A stretch of 64,000 nucleotides of DNA, taken from contig CAZJHY010000001.1 in the NCBI GenBank assembly GCA_964545975.1, positions 24,094 through 88,093 of the forward strand. Reading direction: 5' to 3'. The stretch comes from an uncultured Clostridia bacterium. Its GTDB lineage: Bacteria; Bacillota; DTU025; MWDF01. Every line of letters begins with the position of its first letter. Positions within the stretch are counted from its first letter, which is position 1. A program made the translations under genes and the position numbers. This document shows, piece after piece, positions 20,170-28,640 of the stretch. The notes beneath the pieces are model-generated. The model did not search any database. It was not told where the DNA came from and saw nothing but the letters and a program-made list of their open reading frames with translations.

Positions 20170-20793
20170 ATGGAAGATCTTATCATGAGCATAAAAAGGG
20201 ACGTGGAGCTCGCCTGCAGGAGGGCGTACACGAGGGGAATACAGACCGGAAGCGGCGGAAACGTCAGCGCAAGGATACCGGGCACGGACCATATGATAGT
20301 GAAGCCAAGCAAGGTGTCGCTCATCGAATGCGACCCCGAGACGCTTATCATAACCGACTTCGACGGAAACTTGGTGCAGGGCTCTCTTCCTCCTACGAGG
20401 GAGGCGGTGCTTCACGGCTGGCTGTATAAGAAGTTCGGCAAGATCGGAGCGGTGGTTCACACCCATTCGCCCTGGGCTATATCCTGGTCCTTCACCAGGA
20501 GGGACCTTCCCAATATTACCATGCATACTCAGCTTAAGCTGGGATGCCCCATCCCGGTCAGGTTCTTCTCCAGCCCCAAGGGGGTTCTGAAGGAGGAGAT
20601 GCCAGAAGTCTACGGCCTTTTCGAGAAGGAACCGAACCTCGCCGCCTTCATACTCGGTGCGCACGGTGTGGTCGCAGTCGGCGACAATATCATAGAGGCC
20701 GAGCACACGGCGGAGCTCATAGAGGAGACGGCACAGATAGCATACCTGCACGAGATGGGATTGAAGCTCGGGATGTTCCCCGAGGGCAGATAA
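20170..20793 (+). CDS. class II aldolase/adducin family protein
   Basis: GIQTGSGGNVSAR, HTHSPWAI motifs; start at ATG 20170 after GGAGGT. Confidence 0.8.
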   Translation: MEDLIMSIKRDVELACRRAYTRGIQTGSGGNVSARIPGTDHMIVKPSKVSLIECDPETLIITDFDGNLVQGSLPPTREAVLHGWLYKKFGKIGAVVHTHSPWAISWSFTRRDLPNITMHTQLKLGCPIPVRFFSSPKGVLKEEMPEVYGLFEKEPNLAAFILGAHGVVAVGDNIIEAEHTAELIEETAQIAYLHEMGLKLGMFPEGR

Positions 20794-20822
20794 GACGAAG
20801 ACAATCCGAACGGAGTGATCAT

Positions 20823-21284
20823 ATGTACAGGAAGATGGTAATAGGCTGCGACGAGGCGGCCTGTGAGCTGAAAAACGCCCTTATCGAGGTCCTTAAGAAG
20901 AAGGGAATTGAGTATGAGGACGTCGGAGTGCCGGATGCAAGCGACAAGACCTATTATCCCCTGGTGGCAGAGAAGGTGGCCGAGGCGATAATAGAAAGCG
21001 GCTATGAGAAGCACGGGATGCTCCTCTGCGGAACGGGCATCGGCATGGCCATATCCGCGAACAAGCACCCCGGGGTATTTGCCGCTGTATGCCACGACCA
21101 GTATTCTACCGAGAGGGCGAAGCTGAGCAACAACTGCAACGTCATCTGCATGGGGGCAAGGGTCATAGGGCCAGAGCTTGCCAAGAAGAACCTGGAGCAA
21201 TGGCTTGAGCTGACGTTCAAGGACGGCTCCTCGACCCCTAAGGTGGAGGCTGTGAAGGATATCGAGAAGAGGCATATGAAATGA
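20823..21284 (+). CDS. RpiB/LacA/LacB family sugar-phosphate isomerase (ribose-5-P isomerase B-like; possible tetrose-P isomerase)
   Basis: MVIGCDEAA...LLCGTGIGMAISANK with catalytic Cys-region; ~153 aa. Confidence 0.8.
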   Translation: MYRKMVIGCDEAACELKNALIEVLKKKGIEYEDVGVPDASDKTYYPLVAEKVAEAIIESGYEKHGMLLCGTGIGMAISANKHPGVFAAVCHDQYSTERAKLSNNCNVICMGARVIGPELAKKNLEQWLELTFKDGSSTPKVEAVKDIEKRHMK

Positions 21285-22075
21285 GGAGCCCGCTTCTTGT
21301 CGGCACGAACCTCAAGATGTACAAGGGCGTGAAGGAGACGCTGGAGTTCCTTTCGCGCCTTGCGGGAAACGTCAGCCACATAGGCAGCGAAGACATGACG
21401 CTCTTCGTCATACCCTCCTACCTTGCCCTTCATGCGGCATGCGGGTCTGATGCGCACAGCAGGATACTCCTTGGCGCGCAGAATCTGCACTGGGAGGACT
21501 CCGGGCAGTTCACCGGTGAGATATCCCCCATGATGCTCAAGGAGATAGGCATAGATATCGCTGAGATCGGCCACTCGGAACGAAGGCAGCTTTTCGGTGA
21601 GACGGACGTGACAGTGGGGCTTAAGGCCAAGGCAGCGCTCAGGCACGGCATGAGGGCCCTGGTATGCATAGGGGAGACCGCAGACGACAAGGCGTCGGGC
21701 ATTACCTATGAGAAGCTGAGGATGCAGGTGAAGGTGGCCTTAAAGGGGATTTCTGCGGATGAGCTCGAGGGGCTTTGGGTAGCATACGAGCCGGTATGGG
21801 CCATCGGGATCCACGGGGTCCCGGCTGAGCCCGGATACGCCGAGAAGAGCCACAGGATGATAAAAGACGTGCTGGAAGAGCTTTACCCTAATAAGGGCGC
21901 AGGCGTTCCCGTGCTGTACGGCGGAAGCGTCAACATGGAAAACGCCATGGAGCTCATCGTCCAGCCGAGCATAGACGGCTTGTTCATAGGAAGGACCGCT
22001 TGGGACGCGGACAGGTTCGCGTCGCTGATCAAGGATGTCCTCCCCTTGTGGAAGGCCAAGGCTGAGAGAGAATAG
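21281..22075 (+). CDS. triose-phosphate isomerase family protein (TpiA-like, divergent N-terminus)
   Basis: GHSERR, AYEPVWAIG (catalytic Glu), YGGSV; N-terminal GTNLKMYKG instead of canonical GNWKMNK. Confidence 0.8.
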   Translation: MRSPLLVGTNLKMYKGVKETLEFLSRLAGNVSHIGSEDMTLFVIPSYLALHAACGSDAHSRILLGAQNLHWEDSGQFTGEISPMMLKEIGIDIAEIGHSERRQLFGETDVTVGLKAKAALRHGMRALVCIGETADDKASGITYEKLRMQVKVALKGISADELEGLWVAYEPVWAIGIHGVPAEPGYAEKSHRMIKDVLEELYPNKGAGVPVLYGGSVNMENAMELIVQPSIDGLFIGRTAWDADRFASLIKDVLPLWKAKAERE

Positions 22076-22104
22076 GGCAAGGCTTACGAAGGCGGTGTGA
22101 TGCA

Positions 22105-22776
22105 ATGGCGGACATGGTCATGGAGGCGAAAAGGCAGTTAATAGAGATCGGAAGGCAGATAGCTGCCAAGGGACTTGTGATAGGACCCGGCGGAAATACC
22201 AGCTTAAGGGCAGGCGCCCTCATGGTGATATCCGCCAGCGGCTCTTCATTCGAGTGCTCCGACGAGAGCGACTACGTCGCGATAGACATAGAGACAGGAA
22301 AACAGGCCGACGGCGGCAAGAGGCCGTCTTCCGAAGTGCTGATGCACCTTGAGTGCTACAGGAGGCGCCCGGATGTAAACGCTGTAGTCCATACCCATCC
22401 GACGTGGTCGACATCTGTAGCAAGCTCGGGCACCAAGATGCCCCCGATGTTCCCGGATTACGTCGTGTTCGTGGGCAAGCCCGCGACCCTGGATTACGTG
22501 ATACCGACGACGAAGCTTCTGGCCGATGCCGTGGCCGAAGTCATAGGGGAGCATAATGTGGTGCTCATGAGCAATCACGGGGTGCTTGCCGTCGCAGGCG
22601 ACCTCAAGATGGCGCTATTAAGGGTGGAGCTGGCAGAGGAGAACGCAAGGATGCTCGTGATAGCAAACTCCCTCGGCAAGCCGCGATCCCTTACGGATGC
22701 CGAAGTCCAGGCGATATTTGACCTGGAGAGCGAGAAGTACAGGCAGAGGCTTCTGAAAAACGAGGGCGGGAAGTAG
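22105..22776 (+). CDS. class II aldolase/adducin family protein
   Basis: GLVIGPGGNTSLR, HTHPTWS motifs. Confidence 0.8.
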   Translation: MADMVMEAKRQLIEIGRQIAAKGLVIGPGGNTSLRAGALMVISASGSSFECSDESDYVAIDIETGKQADGGKRPSSEVLMHLECYRRRPDVNAVVHTHPTWSTSVASSGTKMPPMFPDYVVFVGKPATLDYVIPTTKLLADAVAEVIGEHNVVLMSNHGVLAVAGDLKMALLRVELAEENARMLVIANSLGKPRSLTDAEVQAIFDLESEKYRQRLLKNEGGK

Positions 22777-22798
22777 TCCTAAAAAGGAGGACGCACCA

Positions 22799-24271
22799 TT
22801 GTCCGACAGGCTTTTCATGGGGATAGACGTGGGCACGGGCGGAGCCAGGGTCATAGTCTGCGACGAGTACGGGTTGCCCCTGGCGGAAAGCTCGAGGCCG
22901 TTTGCCGCAGGTGCCGGCGCATCTGACATGCCCCAGGGCTGGCATCAGCAGTCGCCCGCAGCCTGGTGGGACGCGACTTCCGCATGTATAAGGCAGGTCA
23001 TGGGCTCACCCGGACTCGGCGGAAATCCTGGCAGGGTGTTCTCTGTTTCCGTCACATCCACATCAGGTACTGTGATCCCGCTTAGGGAGGATTGCGAACC
23101 GCTCTGGGATGCGGTCATGTACAACGACAGCAGGTCGTCCGCGCAGGCGGAAAGGGCGAACGAGGCGCTTAAGGAATTATGCGGGAAGCTCGCCTACAGG
23201 TTCGACACATCCTTCGGGCTTCCGAAGATGCTATGGTTCATGGACAGCAAGCCTGAGCTGTTCAGAAGGACCAGATTCTTCGTCCACGCTGGCGATTATA
23301 TTATCGGGAAGCTCTGCGGCTGCTTCGGTTTCACCGACTATTCCAACTCGCTGAAGTCTGGATACGACATCGATGAGCTGATATGGCCGAAGGAGATAGA
23401 GGAGAAACTGGGCGTCCCGGCGTCCAAACTGCCGGAAGTGCTCGCCCCGGGCACGGTAGTCGGGAAGGTCTGCGCCGCCTGCTCCGCAGAGACGGGCCTT
23501 CCGGAAAGCACCAACGTCGCGCTGGGCATGACGGACGGCTGCGCCTCGCAGATTGCATCGGGTGCCGCGTCCTTAGGCGACTGGAACACCACGATCGGCA
23601 CAACGCTTGTAATCAAGGGGGTCACCGAGAGGCTCCTCTTCGACCCGAAGGGAAGGATATACAGCCACAGGCATCCCGACGGGCACTGGATGCCAGGCGG
23701 GGCCAGCAACGTCGGCGGCGACTGCATAAGAAGCAACTTCCGCGACGATGAGCTGGATACGCTGAACGCGTCCGTGCGCCCTGAGAAGCCGACAGGCATG
23801 CTGGTGTACCCTCTGGAGAAGAAGGGCGAGAGGTTCCCGAACAGAGATCCTTTGGCAGAGGGGTTCATAATGGGAAGCCCATCAGGAAGGCCCGAGCTCT
23901 ATCAGGCCTACCTTGAGGGTGTTGCGCTGGTGGAGAAGATGTCATACGAGATGCTTCAGAGCTTGGGGGCGGCAATCGGTGACACGATCTTTGCGGCGGG
24001 AGGCGCCACGAAAAGCGAGCCATGGCTCAAGGTAAGGTCGAATATGCTCGACCGGCGCATTGCAGTCCCGGAGATTGCAGGAGGATTCATGGGAGCCGCC
24101 ATACTAGCAGCTTCCCTCTCCCATTGGGGCTCGCTCGGTGAGGCTGCCAAAAACATGGTAAAAATTTCCAAGACGATATGCCCGGACCCTGCCGCTGTCG
24201 ATGCCTATAAGGATAAGTACGGGCAGTTCATAAGAGAGATGGGAAGCAGGGGATATACCCTGGAGGGATGA
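22799..24271 (+). CDS. FGGY family carbohydrate kinase (xylulo-/ribulo-/erythritol-kinase-like)
   Basis: N-terminal GIDVGTGGARV, ~490 aa two-domain ASKHA kinase; TTG start after AAAGGAGG. Confidence 0.8.
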   Translation: MSDRLFMGIDVGTGGARVIVCDEYGLPLAESSRPFAAGAGASDMPQGWHQQSPAAWWDATSACIRQVMGSPGLGGNPGRVFSVSVTSTSGTVIPLREDCEPLWDAVMYNDSRSSAQAERANEALKELCGKLAYRFDTSFGLPKMLWFMDSKPELFRRTRFFVHAGDYIIGKLCGCFGFTDYSNSLKSGYDIDELIWPKEIEEKLGVPASKLPEVLAPGTVVGKVCAACSAETGLPESTNVALGMTDGCASQIASGAASLGDWNTTIGTTLVIKGVTERLLFDPKGRIYSHRHPDGHWMPGGASNVGGDCIRSNFRDDELDTLNASVRPEKPTGMLVYPLEKKGERFPNRDPLAEGFIMGSPSGRPELYQAYLEGVALVEKMSYEMLQSLGAAIGDTIFAAGGATKSEPWLKVRSNMLDRRIAVPEIAGGFMGAAILAASLSHWGSLGEAAKNMVKISKTICPDPAAVDAYKDKYGQFIREMGSRGYTLEG

Positions 24272-24275
24272 TGAT

Positions 24276-25673
24276 ATGAGCATTTACAAGGCCTGCGACA
24301 TAAGGGGAGTCTACCCTTCGTCGCTCGACGAGAAGACGTCATACGATATAGGAGCGGCTTTGGGGGAGATGCTCGGCCCTGTAAGCATGCTCGTCGCAGG
24401 CGACGTGAGGGTCAGCACGCCGCCTTTGAAGCAAAGCCTTATAAACGGCCTTGTGGACGCCGGATGCGAAGTAGTGGACATCGGCATGGCCCCGACCCCG
24501 GCCTTCTACTACGCGCTTCATAAGCTGGGCACCGAGTCGGGCGTGACGGTGACGGCATCCCATAATCCGGCCAAGTACAACGGCTTCAAGATAGCGCCGC
24601 ACGGGCAGCCCATGACTGAAGACGTGATGGACGACCTGAGGAAGATGGTCGAAGCTGGAGGATTCAAGCCATATGGGCAAGGGAGCGTAAGGAAGGCTGA
24701 GGTCATCGAGGATTACAAGAGATTCGTGCTTGATAAGATAGGAGAGCTAACGGGAACGAAGTGCAGCGCTCATGGTTCGAGTAATGCCCTCAAAGCCGTG
24801 GTGGACTGCGGCAACGGCTGCTACAGCACGATAGCCCCTGAAGTTCTAAGGCAAGCTGGCATCGCGGTTGAGGAGCTCTATTGCTGGGAGGATGGAACTT
24901 TCCCTAACAGGGAGCCAAACCCAGCTGTAGCTGAGAATCTCGAGGCTTTATGCGGCAAGGTCAGAGATACGGGGGCAGACCTTGGCATTGCCTTCGACGG
25001 GGACGGTGACAGGGTGGTCTTCGTGGACGAGCTGGGCAAAGTGGTCCCTAGCGACAATGCGATAGCACTTTTCGCCGGCTTCCTCCTTAAGAATCACCCC
25101 GGCTCGAAGGTGGTTTTCGACATCAAGTGCTCAAGCCTTGTGTCGGATTCGATCAAGGCGGCGGGCGGCATTCCAGTGATGGAGAAGTCAGGCCACGCTT
25201 ACATCAAGAACAACCTGCTGAGAAACGGCGCGGTTTTCGCAGGCGAGATCAGCGGGCACTTCTTCTTCCAGGTGCTCAAGGGGGATGACGGGCTGTTCGC
25301 GGCTCTTCTGATGGCCGAGATCATGATGTCGGAGGGCAGAAGCCTGGGGAAGATGGTGGAGTCGCAGCCGAAGTACTTCACTACAAGAGACTTCAGGATA
25401 CCGTTCTCGGGGAGCACGGCCGAGCTGTTCGGAAGGCTCAAAGCGCGCCTTGAGGCAAGCGGAGGCGCAAACCTGTCGTACCTGGACGGCATAAGGGCGG
25501 AGTTTTCTGAAGGCTGGGGGCTTATAAGGGCATCAGTCACTGAGCCACTGGTTACGCTGAGGTTCGAGGGGAAGTCGTTGGAGAGCCTTGATAGGATAAG
25601 GGATAGCTTCCTTGCTGCAGATGAGGACTTGCTTGATGCCGTAAGGGAGGTTTGGGCAAACCATCTTCCTTAG
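24276..25673 (+). CDS. phosphohexomutase (phosphomannomutase/phosphoglucomutase family)
   Basis: active-site TASHNPAKYNGFK phosphoserine loop. Confidence 0.85.
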   Translation: MSIYKACDIRGVYPSSLDEKTSYDIGAALGEMLGPVSMLVAGDVRVSTPPLKQSLINGLVDAGCEVVDIGMAPTPAFYYALHKLGTESGVTVTASHNPAKYNGFKIAPHGQPMTEDVMDDLRKMVEAGGFKPYGQGSVRKAEVIEDYKRFVLDKIGELTGTKCSAHGSSNALKAVVDCGNGCYSTIAPEVLRQAGIAVEELYCWEDGTFPNREPNPAVAENLEALCGKVRDTGADLGIAFDGDGDRVVFVDELGKVVPSDNAIALFAGFLLKNHPGSKVVFDIKCSSLVSDSIKAAGGIPVMEKSGHAYIKNNLLRNGAVFAGEISGHFFFQVLKGDDGLFAALLMAEIMMSEGRSLGKMVESQPKYFTTRDFRIPFSGSTAELFGRLKARLEASGGANLSYLDGIRAEFSEGWGLIRASVTEPLVTLRFEGKSLESLDRIRDSFLAADEDLLDAVREVWANHLP

Positions 25674-25685
25674 CCGAATGGACGT

Positions 25686-26372
25686 CTACTTCTCGGTGAA
25701 CTCCCTCATATAGCACTCGTATTTGCTGCAGTTCACCTGTATTCTCCTGTTTACGCTCCGGATGAATCCTTCGTTGGCAAGCTCGTTCATTAGCTTGCTT
25801 ACGGTCACCCTTGCAGCTCCTACGATGACTCCCAGCTCATAGTGCGTGTATCTCACCTTGAGCTCATACCAGCCGGGGTCGGCCTCGGCTTCCCTGTCGA
25901 CAGAGGAGCAGAGAAGCCTTGCTATCCTGTCCTTGCATGAGTTGAAGGTCAGGTTTTCAATCTCGAACCTGGTAATCAGGAGCTTCGTCGCCAGGCAACG
26001 GATGAATGCGTCCCTGAAGACAGCGCTGCTGTCCAGAAGCTGCCTCACCTTGTCCGGCGGTATCTTGCAAAGGACGACATCGGTCTCGGCTTGGGAGTAA
26101 AGTCCGGTCTTCCTTCCCAGGTAGAAGCCCATCTCACCGAAGAGCCAGCCCGGAGTGAGAGCATAGAGGACCTTTTCAAGCCCGTCCTCGTTCGCCATGA
26201 AATGCTTGGTCCTGCCCGACTTGATGTACAAGACGCCGCCGAAATCGCTCCCGGGCACAGAGAAGAGCGTCTTGGCAGGATAGGTAACCCTAATCGAGTT
26301 CTGCTCGATTATCTTCTCCAGTGCCTCGTTGTATGCATCGGGCATTAAGAGCCCCGTCTCCTCAAGGCGCAA
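25686..26372 (-). CDS. Crp/Fnr family transcriptional regulator
   Basis: cNMP-binding beta-roll then C-terminal HTH (HYELGVIVGAARVTVSKLMNELANEGFI). Confidence 0.8.
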   Translation of the reverse strand: MRLEETGLLMPDAYNEALEKIIEQNSIRVTYPAKTLFSVPGSDFGGVLYIKSGRTKHFMANEDGLEKVLYALTPGWLFGEMGFYLGRKTGLYSQAETDVVLCKIPPDKVRQLLDSSAVFRDAFIRCLATKLLITRFEIENLTFNSCKDRIARLLCSSVDREAEADPGWYELKVRYTHYELGVIVGAARVTVSKLMNELANEGFIRSVNRRIQVNCSKYECYMREFTEK

Positions 26373-26495
26373 AATGAACCACCTCCTGCAACTTTCATTC
26401 TACCATCACTGGAGATCCTTTTCCCTCTGCCTTGAGTTGAGGTGAAAAAGGTTTCATTAGCAGCAATGATGCAGAGCTGTTCCGTATTGCCGCAA

Positions 26496-26513
26496 TTGTA
26501 ACAAAGTATACAA
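26496..26513. promoter_or_regulatory. candidate palindromic operator TTGTA-N8-TACAA in divergent promoter region
   Basis: inverted repeat in the 226-bp gap between Crp/Fnr regulator and DapA-like/TAXI operon. Confidence 0.3.
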
Positions 26514-26598
26514 ATCCTATTCATATACTGAAATACTTTGAGCTTCGTCCTATATTTGAATCGGAGGCCATTAATCTTCCCGCATAAGGAGGGATATC

Positions 26599-27513
26599 TT
26601 GATAAAACCTACCGGCTCATGGGTGGCGATGCCGACCCCTTTCAATCAGGATGAAACCATCGACTTCGGTGGATTCAAGACGCTCATCGACAGGCAGATA
26701 GAGTACGGGACCTCTTTATTGTTCGTGCTCGGATCGTGCGGAGAGACCACGCTTCTTACGATTGATGAGAAGAAGCAGATAGTCAAGCAGGTCGTAGCGA
26801 TGACCAAGGGGCGCATTCCGGTGTTCTTCAACGCATCCGCCCCCACTACGGCCCAGAGCGTAGAGTTTGCCAAGTTCTGCGAGGCGGAGCACGCCGACGG
26901 TGTGATATTCACCGTGCCGCCATATGTGCTCATACCGCAGAATGCGGTATATGAGCACCTCAACACGTGCATGTCAGCGACCGGCCTTCCCTGCGGAATC
27001 TACAACAACCCTTCCAGGGTGGGCGTGCACATCGAACCTGAGACGATAGCGAAGCTTTCGGCCAACAATCCCAACTTCATAGTGGACAAGGAAGCCATGC
27101 CCAGCGTAAAGCAGCTTGTGGAAGTCAAGCGCAAGTGCGGCGACAACATCAACATACTCTGCTGCGACTTCCCTAACTACTCCATAGTGCTTCCAACACT
27201 AGCAATAGGTGGAAACGGAACCGCGAACATAGGAGGAAACGTCATACCTGAGGAGATGGCCGCAATCTCCAGGCCGTGGGACAGCATCGAGAAGATGTTT
27301 GAGGCGCGCGAGCTGTACTTCAAGTATTTCCCCGTCCTTCAGGGCCTGTATATGTTCTCGAACCCCATCGTGGTCAAGGCGGCCATGAAGATGCTCGGCC
27401 TTCCCGGCGGGCCGCTCAGGAAGCCCTACCTAGAGCTCTCAGGGCAGAAGTACGACGAGTTCGAGGCGCTCCTCAAGGAAATGGGCATAGTCGAGAAATA
27501 TGGCGTCAAGTAA
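26599..27513 (+). CDS. DapA/NAL family pyruvate-dependent class I aldolase (second paralog)
   Basis: GSCGE and lysine motif FIVDKEAMP; TTG start after AAGGAGGG. Confidence 0.75.
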   Translation: MIKPTGSWVAMPTPFNQDETIDFGGFKTLIDRQIEYGTSLLFVLGSCGETTLLTIDEKKQIVKQVVAMTKGRIPVFFNASAPTTAQSVEFAKFCEAEHADGVIFTVPPYVLIPQNAVYEHLNTCMSATGLPCGIYNNPSRVGVHIEPETIAKLSANNPNFIVDKEAMPSVKQLVEVKRKCGDNINILCCDFPNYSIVLPTLAIGGNGTANIGGNVIPEEMAAISRPWDSIEKMFEARELYFKYFPVLQGLYMFSNPIVVKAAMKMLGLPGGPLRKPYLELSGQKYDEFEALLKEMGIVEKYGVK

Positions 27514-27602
27514 GCTCGAAAGACCTGATCGAATAGAATTGGCAAGTTGCTTCGAAGCATAGTGGGAAGCAGATAAAAAGAAACGAAGGAGGAAGACCTG
27601 TC

Positions 27603-28577
27603 ATGAAGAAGACTTCCATGCGCCTGATGCTGGCAGCAGCCCTCGTGATCTCGATCATGTTCTCGTCCGTGGCAGCCGCACCTAAGTTCCTTACCATATC
27701 CACCGGCCCTGTGGGCGGGGAATGGTACATACTTGGCGGAATACTCTCCGAGCTCCTGAAACCGGTGCTTCCTGACACCAAGGTAACCGCAACAACCGGC
27801 GGCGGCGTCGCAAACCTCAGCACAGTGGCCTCCGGCAAGAGCGACATAGGCACCACGCAGGATCAGCTCCTGTATGATGCCCGCAATGGCACGACTGACT
27901 TCACCTCAGGAAAGCTCACCAACGTCGTCGCCATCGGATACCTGGCAGACATCTACATGAGCGTATTCCTCGTGCGCGAGGACTACAACATAACATCTCT
28001 TGATGACCTTGCAGCCAGGAAGATCGGCATGCGCATACTAACCGCCCCCACGGGCTCGACGCCTTCAAGGGCCGCGGTCAGGATGCTTGAGGAATACGGA
28101 GTGACCCCCGATCTCCTTAAGTCATGGGGGGGAAGCTTGAGCTACGTCGCCTATGCGGACGCAAGCTCGATGATCAGGGACGGCCATGCCGACGCCTATG
28201 TGGGCCCCATCATGCCCGCCATCATAGAGCTCACCGTCTCCCGCAAGATGAAGATGCTGCCGGTGAAAGAGACCGTCCTTAAGGCCATGACTGCCAAGTA
28301 CGCATATGGCAGGGCCACAATACCCGCTGGAGCATATGACTTCGTGAAGGCCAACACGCCCGTCATGACCGAGTCGCCCGTCCTCATCGTCAGGGATGAC
28401 GTCGACGAGCAGACCGTATACCTCATAACCAAGGCGATAGCCGAGAACCCTGCGAAGATCCAGGGCGCCGGCGCGACCTATGCAAAGTTCGACCCCAAGA
28501 TGATGCCCAACATATCGGGCGGTCCCATACATCCCGGAGCCCTCAGGTACTATAAGGAGAAGGGCTGGGTCAAGTAG
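27603..28577 (+). CDS. TAXI family TRAP transporter solute-binding protein
   Basis: signal peptide; TAXI-type SBP pattern (ISTGPVGGEWYILGG). Confidence 0.8.
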   Translation: MKKTSMRLMLAAALVISIMFSSVAAAPKFLTISTGPVGGEWYILGGILSELLKPVLPDTKVTATTGGGVANLSTVASGKSDIGTTQDQLLYDARNGTTDFTSGKLTNVVAIGYLADIYMSVFLVREDYNITSLDDLAARKIGMRILTAPTGSTPSRAAVRMLEEYGVTPDLLKSWGGSLSYVAYADASSMIRDGHADAYVGPIMPAIIELTVSRKMKMLPVKETVLKAMTAKYAYGRATIPAGAYDFVKANTPVMTESPVLIVRDDVDEQTVYLITKAIAENPAKIQGAGATYAKFDPKMMPNISGGPIHPGALRYYKEKGWVK

Positions 28578-28594
28578 GCTTCCTTAAAGCAGCA

Positions 28595-28617
28595 GAGGGG
28601 CCGGAAACCGGCCCCTC
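28595..28617 (+). other. GC-rich intercistronic hairpin after SBP gene
   Basis: GAGGGGCCGG AAA CCGGCCCCTC, 10-bp perfect stem, no U-tail. Confidence 0.55.
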
Positions 28618-28640
28618 CAAGACTTATGGGGGTATATGCC

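Noticed and set aside
20544-21284. 246-aa extended ORF for the RpiB-like gene
   Set aside because: The N-terminal 93 codons overlap the end of the aldolase-like gene and translate to Arg/Gly-rich junk; the conserved RpiB sequence begins at ATG 20823 (MYRKMVIGCDEA).
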